This document shows positions 36,001-48,000 of a DNA stretch of 64,000 nt, in pieces. A program made the translations under genes and the position numbers. The number at the start of each line of letters is the position of its first letter. Position 1 is the stretch's first letter. Source of the stretch: Phoronis australis (taxonomy: Eukaryota; Animalia; Phoronida); the NCBI GenBank assembly GCA_002633005.1, contig NMRA01000371.1, positions 365,572-429,571 of the forward strand, written 5' to 3'. Below the pieces are notes generated by a model. The model saw only the letters and a program-made list of their open reading frames with translations. It had not been told where the DNA came from and made no database searches.

Positions 36001-39000
36001 AATGTTTGATTCTTTACAAGTTTTTCTTTGTTGCATTACTCTATTCGTCCTTCCAATGCCAATGAAGTGTTACTGCTGTGCTGCGGACTGCAACTCCAAC
36101 ATGAGAAAGTTTGACAAACTGGACAAATACCTGTGGATGCACGATGTGAAATTTTTCGCCTTCTAGACATCAATGAGAGACATGAAAATGTGCCTGATTT
36201 CCAAAACAAGGTCACGAGCTTTCTTATCTCCAGGGCAAGGAGAGTTCTATCACCGTGTAATCCATGACGGCCCTATTAAACCTTGAAATGAATTAATTTT
36301 AGGACCTTGGTTTACAGAAAACTGTTAGTTTGTTGTCCATTGTGACTATGCTCATGGAACAAAACAACACGCCGTGATATGTGCCAACTTGTACTGCCTC
36401 ATCTCAAGCAATAATGAACTACCAGTTCTGTTATCTCTAATTTTACAAAGGAAGCAATTTGAAACCAATTTCATAACTGGTAATTGGTGTAAATCGAGAT
36501 ATTTTTGTGGTGGATGGCGGGTGTAGCCTCTTCTGTTTCGTCTTGTCATTTAGAGGTTTCTTTAGAGGCCTTTTGAGGTTCTGGAAAACAAGTACAGCTG
36601 CTGTGTTAATAAAAGAAAGTGACACAAGTTTTCTACAAATAAAATTTCAGAATTTTTAGCCTCTTTAATAGATTGCAACAAATTATAAGGGTGTATTTCT
36701 GAAAAAATGCATTCGTTGAATTTGTGTGAAGAAATTTATTTGGATTATATTCTGCATTCAAAGTCGTTAACTGAAAAATAGGTATGACCACCTTCGTTAT
36801 CAAGAGTCACTTTTCTTCAAAACACTTCAACCTGTAGATGATATATGTTTGAAATCCTTTAAGTGTGAGCAAAGAAACATTAAGTGCAAGTGAGTGGACT
36901 TTGGGGTGATGTGACCATGTGTTTTACAGAAAATGCTATGCTTCTACAAATATGAAAGCATTCAAACCAAATTCTGTTGAAATTCTACAGAATTCCAGCA
37001 GTGAATTGATTTCTATGGTCTTCATGACTAACCCCAAGATTTGGGCTGCCAAAAATGAAGACTTCCTGGTTTTTGGTGACATGGCCCTTTTAAGTATTTT
37101 TGGATATGAAATGATACAAATAAATAAGACCCTTAGTCAAGGCAATCAGTTATAATCAGTAATTCAATGTTGCTTTGGCATGTCTTTACAACTGTTATCT
37201 ACTTCTGTTCCAGACTCACCATATCCTTATTAATTTGGACATAAGGTCAAAGGATGAAAGATTCCTTGACACGGATGGTGATGGGGACAAGGAAGAGGAT
37301 TTATTGGCCAAAAGAGGTCACTAGTTTGCTATTGAGAATTTTTATTTTGTTTATTTTATTTATTTTGTTTATTTTTAAATAGCAGTTTTGAGCGTGGTTG
37401 TTGTAGGCGACGTATAATTAGTAATGTTCAGCTTGTCATGATATGATTTGGACAGAATGTCTAAGTATTTTCAATTCCTGATGACCAGCTGACAGCTTCT
37501 TGAATGATCAGTAAAAATTAAGTTAATTACCAAAAACAAAACACTGTGTTTCATGTCAACGTTCCAGTATTACTCAATATCTAACTTTCTACTCACCATG
37601 TTGCTAAGAACTTACATTGAATGAGCACAAAATAGTAGGATATTGACTGCTAAACATTCAGCTAGGCATCTCTGATTCTCCACCGTGGAAATTAAGTCTT
37701 GAGCCGCCAGGGGTCATTGGGCCGCCTGTAGCATGTTAATAATTTATATTTCAACAATCAAAGATATCTTTTTATATTCTCGTCACTTGCACCAGTCTTT
37801 AGTGGGGGTGCGTCTTTAGATATTTATGTCAATGTTACCACGGCAACTGATGGGCAAACACTTTCTGTTCAGGTCTTCCCTACCTACTTCACAAAGGTAA
37901 CTACAGTGATGCGTTCACACTGCATGATGAGTCGCTTGAGGATCCTGTTGATAAGGAAGTTGTGGAACAGCTGAAGAAAGCTGGGAAAAGTGTAGAGGAT
38001 AGACTCGCTAAGGAACTGAAAACAGTTGATACTCGGAAAGAACTCAATGACTCATGGCCTAAGGTATACAAGTATCAGCCCATGTGGAAAGTCCGGAACT
38101 ATTTTGGCGAGAAGATTGCGTTTTACTTCGCCTGGTCTGGCACCTTAGTTGCGTCACTGTGGATTCCTACCCTAATTGGACTGGGTGTTTTCATCTATGG
38201 GCTGTATCAGAGGTATTAAAGAATTATCACTAGGATCTAGGTTTTCTCCAAGTCTGTGCTCATAAACTGACCTGTCATTGCTGGATATTTACTGTAAATG
38301 AAGCATTTCTTGTTTCAGTTCACTGTCTCTTGAAAACTTCATGAATTGTTTCTAATCATTCATTTGGTAAAATATCACATCTGACAGTTAAGTTCTCTAA
38401 TATCACATCTGGCAGTTCAGTGCTCTGATTTCTTAATTTTGTTGTTAAAAACTTTAATATTAGTAATCTTTGAGAATCAGTTATGTAATAAGTGGCTAAA
38501 ACAGTCAAAATTCTTTGATTTTTCTTGCATAAGATGTTTTATATTTTCACTTTTTCCACTGTCCCAAACTGAAGAGACATGTTTTACCTTAAGGAATTTT
38601 GAGTTACCAACTGATCATTGAACATTGTATGCAAAGACCAAGTTTGCAGTTTATTTTATTGTAACTTTCTAACTGCAGTGCTACCGAATCAGAGTTAAAG
38701 TCACAGAGTGCCAACCAGACAACCAACACTACACAGGCTGATGATTTCTTCGCCTTAGCTCAGAAGTAAATGTCCTGTTCTATTCTATGGATTTGTTAAA
38801 AATGTTTATTTTGGATTGAAAAACATAGCGTCGTGCACATATAGCCTGGACAGGCTGGTTAATGACCATAGTTATTATCATGCTCTCTAATTGGCTCGGA
38901 CAGCTGAACTTATTGGTTGGTGTTTACACACCATTTACAAATGGTAATGACCTTTCTAGTTCTGTCATGATACGAGAAGTGAATGCATCCACGGCCAGTT

Positions 39001-42000
39001 CTATGGATTTAATTGTTGTATAATAATGGCAATTATTGTATGAAAATTTGACGTCATTTAAGCTGTATCCTGATGTTAAATGCTAACCTTCCCTTAACAA
39101 AACTCTTATAACTTATAACTCTGTCTTTGCCAGTTGATACCAAACCTTGGTGAAAAGTCATACTGAGAAACTTTTGTCATTGAAATTAATGTAGTTTGCA
39201 AAAGGTACTTGGTGTAGTTTGGTTGCATTGAGTTTTCAATTTGCTTTCATTTCAGCGTAAAAGACGAAGTTTTTAAGATACTTGATATTGTGAAAGCAGC
39301 ATGTGACAATGAGGCTACACCCTTCTTTTCATTGGTTATGTGTTTGTGGGGTAAGTATGGTACTTACGTTGTTTATAGCTTTACTGCAGAAGCCGCCAAC
39401 TAGTTGTAGATAGACCTCACTGATCCATGGCACTGTACCGTGGCACTGTACCGTGGCACTGTACCGTGGCACTGTACCGTGGCACCGTACCGTGGTACTG
39501 TACCGTGGCACTGTACTGTGGCACCATACCGTGGCACCGTACCGTGGCACCATACCGTGTCACCGTACCGTGACAGCTATGAAAATTACTCAGGAGTGAA
39601 GGCTAGGCTAGTGAAATCACACACTTTGTTTGGAATTCATGATAATATCTTGAAGACTTGTGTGATGTACGGTACAAAATTACTCGCCAAAATTACAGTT
39701 TTTTTCATTAAGTCTAGGCTGCACACTGTTGTGAATGGCTTGCCCAAAATTTTTCAAAAAATTTAGTGTTGGTAGCTATGGTTCAGAAATTGGATTTGAC
39801 AAAGCATTGTTCTGGTACTGTATAGCGTATCATTGATGAGAAAACGTGAAAAAATTATAAAAATTTCACCTGTTTGCCATATTTTGTTGAAGTTGGTGAC
39901 ATTTTACTGTATCTAACTAAAGTTCTGAGGTAGCGTTATCAAAAGTTCCCAGGCAATGATTTGCGTTTTATTGATGCCTCTAATTTGGTGAATTACACTG
40001 AAAATAGAAGTTAGTAAAATTATCCTTCTTCAAAGACCATAAAAATTTTTCTATGCAATTGTTTTGAACTTTCGGAGAGTAGTGTCGTCTGCATAACTTA
40101 ACTATTGTTTACCACTCAAACTTTTTTGTTTCCACTAAAAGTTTTAAGTATTTATATGTTTTGCATTAACTTTTGGTAGTGAATTAAATTAAAACAGCCT
40201 ATATAAAACTGGTAAAATGTGTTCAACTGCAGTCAAACGTTTCGTCAACATGTGGCTTTGACAGTGGAATGTCGAGTTGTTTTATTCTTACTGTAACCAC
40301 TAGAACTAATAATTGTTTTTACCTCCTTTTCTAGAGAGTTGTTACTTTTTGCAGTTCTATGTTTGCCCAGTGCTTAACACTCTGCATTCAATTATTTTTA
40401 TGTTAGTAATCAATGACTATGTCTCCAGGAACTATTTACTTGGAAGTGTGGAAACGTAAGAGTGCTACCCTGGCCTACGAGTGGGACGTGAATGATTTTG
40501 AGGACGCTGAACCGGATCGCCCTCAGTACTTTGGCACAACCATTATGAAAGATCCTGTATCGGGAGAACTGGCGGCCTACTATCCAATCATACGGCGCTT
40601 CTTCAAATTCTGTTTTTCTTGTGTCTTTATTTTGGTCATGGTACGTAAAGATTACACTTCCATTTGAACTGAAGCTTTGAATGTTTGGTGAAAACGTGTT
40701 CTGCTGGTAAATTATTATTCCCTGTTCGATTTTTTCATTCTGGCTGAATTGAAAGCATTGAAATGTGTTGTGCAATTTTATTGAGGAACACGTTAACATA
40801 TTCATACTGATTAGTTGCTTGAATGGGTGTCAGTCAAGTATCAAACTTAAAAATCTTTGCGTCATCATGCCCGGGGTTAAAAGGTTTAGTTCATGCTGTT
40901 GTGTTCAAAAGCTTCTTATTACAACGGAGACTGCTGTTTCTTTCTTATACAATCCATTAGTGCTGTATTGCAGGCTATTACTACATTTTTTATTGTCCGT
41001 TTTATAAATAGCCAAAAAGTGATGTGTGCGCACCTCAGAAATGATTTACAGGATATCCATCCATCCTGCCACCTGGTGACATTTTTTGTGATTCATCTCC
41101 TTTGATCTCTGGTTTTTTGTTCGTGTGGTTTCCCGCTATTAATAAGAAAGTCAATCTACTTGGTTGATTAGGTCTATAAATTTCAGGGGTTAGAAAATGC
41201 CAGTGTTTCTGTGCGTTCCTCATTAACTTTCCGCCTGATACATTCTTCGTTGATTGAATGTTCATAGCTGGTGCCGTTATGTTGTATTGAAATAATAATT
41301 GCATTTCGGTGCCCTAATTTTTTCTCAAGAGCCTAGCTTTCGAGCCCATCTAGGGCGCTTCGTTTAGGCAATGAGAGTGATCTCCGGGTCTCGCGATCAC
41401 CTGTGCTCAGCACTTGGCAGTTGACGTCTAACTCCACCTGGTGGCTGTCATGAAGATCCCATCAATGTTTTGATGAAGAACCCAAAATGAGCTTGAAAGC
41501 TACAGCTCTTGGGGTAACAACTAGACTGCTGAAAGATAACTAGTATTTGGATACATTCTTGTTACAGATACTGGTATTTGGATACATTCTTGTTACAGAT
41601 ACTGGTATTTGGATACATTCTTGTTACAGATACTGGTAGTCTTCATTAGTGTAGGTGGCGTCATAGTCTACCGTGTCATCATGAGTGTGGACTACTGTGG
41701 AAAGATGTCCTCCATTGAATGTCTTCTCGTCACTACCATAGCCTCTTCACTACTCAATGCCATATCTATATTTATACTGGGGAAAATCTATGAAATTCTG
41801 GCTTATAAACTTACTGATTGGGGTATGTATAGCTCAGCTGTCAGAACCTGGCACATATTTTGCTCAAGTATTTCATTTATTTTCACAGTTATAGCACATT
41901 GCACGCATCCGTGCGCGGCTTTCACTTTGCGTCAGAGTTCTCGGTATTCACTCGTTCTCATCTACCACCATTGTGACTTGAGTTCAGAGAGACATGAGAC

Positions 42001-45000
42001 ATGCTAGTGCATACTAAACTGTAGCCAGAATTTGAAGCCAAGACAAGTGAAAGTGGAAAGCTGAAACTGGCTTTTTTAATTATTATACATTTTTGGAGAC
42101 TAGTTCAAATGGTTTGACTTGTATTGGCATCAAAAATGTTACACTGTTTTTGCTTTATTCTGCTTTGTTTGATGGCCACCAGGAGGCACATTACCCCATT
42201 GCTTTGTTTGATGGCCACCAGGAGGCACCCCATTGCGTTTCCATTGATGCTTATGAAAGGTTTTCGTGTCGGATTTTCAATTCTGTTACGATATTACCTT
42301 GCATGTTTCAGAAAACCACAGAACACAGACTGACTATGACGATGCCTTGATTATCAAGCTGTTTGCCTTCCAATTTGCTAACAACTATTCTTCTTTGTTC
42401 TACATTGCCTTTCTCAGAGGGGTAAGTCTTTCTGTCTGTTTTGTGTCTTACATCCTTCTCATGAAAGACTGCAAGTGAGCAAAAAGAAATCAAAAACAAA
42501 CAGCAAAACCGGAGCAGATGTTTTTCACACTAGTATGTCATGCCTGAGTTTATTGCAGCAACTTGAAACAATGTTGGTCTTGGCAATAGTCTGAGAATTT
42601 GATTTTATAAGTTTTGAGTTGGGGTAGGTGGTATTTTGGTGGCAGCCAGGGATGAAGTAGTGGTTTTAGGGAGGTGTTTTTCTTCATTCAAAAAACCCTC
42701 ATGTGAAAACATTTCTGCCACAAACCTAATGCAATGTCATAATGACTACTTGGAGTAGCATATCACAAGTCCATCTCTCTATTTCACTAAAAGTGTTCGA
42801 ATAAAGCCTCAGATGTATAAACTAAACTTTTTTTATTTAATCCACTGTTTTGCGTAATGATCAGATTCAAGATATGTTGGGCGTGACAAAGTCATACTTG
42901 AATGCTTCTATAACCAAGATTTGTCATCATACTGTTTTTGAAATCCAACATTTGCTGTCAACATATGAAGTTTACAAAACAGCAACCTCTTTATTGAGGC
43001 ACCCCAGTTTTTACCAAAATACATTTTCTCCAACAGAGTTTCACATAAATTTTGAATTCAAGGTGGTGCCTGCATGTGACTGCAATTTTGTATTTTTCAT
43101 GTGACTTAGGGAGTCTTAATGGATTGAATAAACAGCTTTTGACTTTTCTATAAATCTTCTGCCGAATGAATGGTACTATAGTGTACTATAATGTTAACTT
43201 TTCATTTTCCAATTACCACTTACAATTTTCTAGATATACGATATTTACCGATGACTGCTCATTTTAATGACTCCTTTTGCCGCTTTGTTGTTGTTTTATG
43301 AACAACTAACTGTACAAGGCTTTGTATTTAATCATTTTCAACTTCATCATCATCGTCATCCAAATTATCATTTTTCATTAATATCTTCAGTTAATTAAAT
43401 ATCAAGTGTCATTTCTCATGGTTCTTTCATTAATTGCTGAGTAGCAAGAGTGGATATTAGTGAAATCTGTGATAACAACATTTTAGTTTTAGTCCCTGAA
43501 GACTATATGGATCCTGTCACGGCCATATTGTGAGATAGGGCTATATGTCCCTGTCTGAAATTTCACTTACTGGCACAATACCTTTGAAGCATCAAGTATT
43601 TCCACAATTTCCATCAGGAATACCGGTCCTTCAAAATTAGGATTACCCTTAAATGTGGAAGGTCTAATCCACATCCTGGGCAAAATTGTGAATGTAACAA
43701 TATGAGTATTTTAGATTTATCAGCTGTCATCCCTGTGTATAGTTAGTTTGAGCAACCAGTTGAATTACTCTTCTCAATGTGAAAGCTGTTGTACTGCTGA
43801 GATACTTCTGTTGGCTGGAAGTGCATTAACTCTTCTGACTAGGGTCATGTTTTGAGCTAAAAACTCTCCTTATATATTTGTGTGATTAGAATTCCCCTTT
43901 AATCTAATCTGTGATAGGTGAGGATTAGGAATTCCAATCTCTTGAAGCACGTTTCCATTCAGAACTGAGAAGCGTCCCTCTGGAACTATATCTCCCACCT
44001 CATTTGTTTGAAAAATATTGTTCTAGAGCTCTTAAAAATTGACTAATTTGGACTTGACGTTTCAGAATGTTGGAGCTCAAGGTATACTTGGCTTGGGTCC
44101 TCAGTATGCTGATAACTGTGGCACTGACAACAACTGTATGGCCATGTTGTCCTTTCAAGTACTCATTCTCATGATTGTCAAGCCATTCCCCAAACTATTG
44201 AAAGATATTCTGTTGCCGTAAGTCTGATATTGTTTCAGGGCTTGGAATTTTCCGCGGAAACGCGGATTTCCGCTTTTTTCAAATGTTTTGTCCGCGTATT
44301 TTATAATATTTCCGCGTAAAAAAAATCGGATTTGATATAAAATTTCCGCGGCACATTCCTTTCTTACCGCGGCGTTGCAGACGACGTTCACCTCGAAAAG
44401 CGGATGTTGCTCTTTATGTTTCGGAGGAATGTAAATTGTCAACATTGCCGGGGCATCTGGGACAGCGTGGTGGGATTGTCAATGGCGTCTCGTGTTATTG
44501 TTAAGCACGGCGACTAATACATGTGTGGGTTGGGAGTGGACGGGCGAGCTAAAAGGACGCAGACGCATGCTACTGATGGTGGTAACGTTTTTTTTTTAGT
44601 CCTGATTTTTGTCGGGGAAAGGTTCACACTGACCATTTCAAGGCTGGTTAGTGGGCATGATTTGGGCGGTACAAATTTCAAAGTTTCCGCGTTTTTTGTC
44701 ATTAGTCATTCCAAGCCCTGTTGTTTAAATTCACTGCTGTGCTTTCAAAAAGGGATATTATGTGTTATTAGTTGTTAATAGTGGCAATGTCTCAAAAGAA
44801 TTCTTCATTTTTGATTGAATAATTTATGCGATTACCAAAACTGGACAAATGAACTCTATTTTCAGTTCAGTGTTTTTCGTCATGTACGAAAAAGCATTTT
44901 GTTTGCAAATTTAAGAATGGCCTTTTACTTTCTGAATTTGTTCCTTTGTGGTTTGAAACTTGACACACTCTAGCTTTAGCTATTGAGGTGGACTCAATGT

Positions 45001-48000
45001 TTATACAGTTTACGTTATCCAGGTTGCTTGTGCCTTTATTCCTTAATTTTCATTTACCAATTGACTGTATCATGAAGTTACCTGTGTGTACATTTTATAG
45101 ATTTATAAAGTTACCTGTGTGTACATTTTATAGATTTATAAAGTTACCTGTGTGTACATTTTATAGATTTATAAAGAAGTGTATCAGGAACAGGAAGTGT
45201 TGTAAGACGACTCAAGTAAACCCCGAGTTGGAAAAGTCTTGCACTGTGACTGTGAATGACTATCTGGATAGAGAGAGACTCAAGCCGGTGCTAGGAGACT
45301 TCACACTGTGGGAGTATACAGAGAAAGTTATACAGTACGGCTATCTCATGGTATGTGATGCAGGGTATTATGCATTTATAATTGCTCTCAGAATCTCATT
45401 GCTAAAAATCTATCATCCGTATGATTGGTCGAGTTAATCATGGCATGAAACGGAAAAGGGGATAGAGCCTTTGAAAACTACCCAGCCAAACGTCTGTAAA
45501 TCAATAGTTTGTATGTCTATATTCTAAATGCATCATTACTGATCTAATTGTGCTATGATGTTGCACAAACTATGACCATGTGACAGTACCAAAAAGTAAA
45601 CACACTTTTCAGTTGAAAATCATGTCAATCTCACACTGGTCACCGCTGCCCATAACAAGTCATGACCTGACTCACTCGGATGAGGCAAACGTGCTTGCAC
45701 ATCTCTTTTTTCTCATTTTCATGACTTAAAATTCTCTTTTGTATTGTAGTCCAATGATTGTGTAGCACCCTAGTGTACTCATTGTTATTGTAATGATTGT
45801 GTTGCACCCTAATGTACTCATTGTTATTGTAATGATTGTGTAGCACCCTAATGTACTCATTGTTATTGTAATGATTGTGTAGCACCCTAATGTACTCATT
45901 GTTATTGTAATGATTGTGTAGCACCCTAATGTACTCATTGTTATTGTAATGATTGTGTAGCACCCTAATGTACTCATTGTTATTGTAATGATTGTGTAGC
46001 ACCCTAATGTACTCATTGTTATTGTAATGATTGTGTAGCACCCTAATGTACTCATTGTTATTGTAATGATTGTGTAGCACACTAATGTACTCATTGTTAT
46101 TGTAATGATTGTGTAGCACACTAATGTACTCATTGTTATTGTAATGATTGTGTANGAGGCACCCCATTGCTTTGTATGATGGCCACCAGGAGGCACCCCA
46201 TTGCTTTGTATGATGGCCACCAGGAGGCACCCCATTGCTTTGTATGATGGCCACCAGGAGGCACCCCATTGCTTTGTATGATGGCCACCAGGAGGCACCC
46301 CATTGCTTTGTATGATGGCCACCAGGAGGCACCCCATTGCTTTGTATGATGGCCACCAGGAGGCACCCCATTGCTTTGTATGATGGCCACCAGGAGGCAC
46401 CCCATTGCTTTGTATGATGGCCACCAGGAGGCACCCCATTGCTTTGTATGATGGCCACCAGGAGGCACCCCATTGCTTTGTATGATGGCCACCAGGAGGC
46501 ACCCCATTGCTTTGTATGATGGCCACCAGGAGGCACCCCATTGCTTTGTATGATGGCCACCAGGAGGCACCCCATTGCTTTGTATGATGGCCACCAGGAG
46601 GCACCCCATTGCTTTGTATGATGGCCACCAGGAGGCACCCCATTGCTTTGTATGATGGCCACCAGGAGGCACCCCATTGCTTTGTATGATGGCCACCAGG
46701 AGGCACCCCATTGCTTTGTATGATGGCCACCAGGAGGCACCCCATTGCTTTGTATGATGGCCACCAGGAGGCACCCCATTGCTTTGTATGATGGCCACCA
46801 GGAGGCACCCCATTGCTTTGTATGATGGCCACCAGGAGGCACCCCATTGCTTTGTATGATGGCCACCAGGAGGCACCCCATTGCTTTGTATGATGGCCAC
46901 CAGGAGGCACCCCATTGCTTTGTATGATGGCCACCAGGAGGCACCCCATTGCTTTGTATGATGGCCACCAGGAGGCACCCCATTGCTTTGTATGATGGCC
47001 ACCAGGAGGCACCCCATTGCTTTGTATGATGGCCACCAGGAGGCACCCCATTGCTTTGTATGATGGCCACCAGGAGGCACCCCATTGCTTTGTATGATGG
47101 CCACCAGGAGGCACCCCATTGCTTTGTATGATGGCCACCAGGAGGCACCCCATTGCTTTGTATGATGGCCACCAGGAGGCACCCCATTGCTTTGTATGAT
47201 GGCCACCAGGAGGCACCCCATTGCTTTGTATGATGGCCACCAGGAGGCACCCCATTGCTTTGTATGATGGCCACCAGGAGGCACCCCATTGCTTTGTATG
47301 ATGGCCACCAGGAGGCACCCCATTGCTTTGTATGATGGCCACCAGGAGGCACCCCCATTGCTTTGTATGATGGCCACCAGGAGGCACCCCATTGCGTTTC
47401 CATTGATGCTTATGAAAGGTTTTCGTGTCGGATTTTCAATTCTGTTATGATATTACGTTGCATGTTTCAGAAAACCACAGAACACAGACTGACTATGACG
47501 ATGCCTTGATTATCAAGCTGTTTGCATTCCAATTTGCTAACAACTATTCTTCCTTGTTCTACATTGCCTTTCTGAGAGGGGTAAGTCTTTCTGTCTGTTT
47601 TTTGTCTTACGTCCTTCTCATGAAAGACTGCAAGTGAGCAAAAACAAATCAAAAACAAACAGCAAAACTGGAGTAGATGTTTTTCACACTAGTATGTCAT
47701 GCCTGAGTTTATTGCAGCAACTTGAAACAATGTTGGTCTTGGCAATAGTCTGAGAATTTGATTTTATAAGTTTTGAGTTGGGGGTAGGTGGTATTTTGGT
47801 GGCAGACAGGGATGAAGTAGTGGTTTTAGGGAGGTGTTTTTCTTCATTCAAAAAACCCTCATGTGAAAACATTTCTGCCACAAACCTAATGCAATGTCAT
47901 AATGACTACTTGGAGTAGCACATCACAAGTCCATCTCACTATTTCACTAAAAGTGTTCGAATAAAGCCTCAGGTGTATAAACTAAACTTTTTTATTTAAT

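Noticed and set aside
46156-47395. CRISPR-like array of 34-bp repeats
   Set aside because: Head-to-tail units without spacers, inside a eukaryotic intron, and no cas genes
45640-47403. Long minus-strand ORFs of 418-587 aa
   Set aside because: Translations of the stop-free 34-bp and 39-bp minisatellites, open in all frames and partly running across an N; not genes
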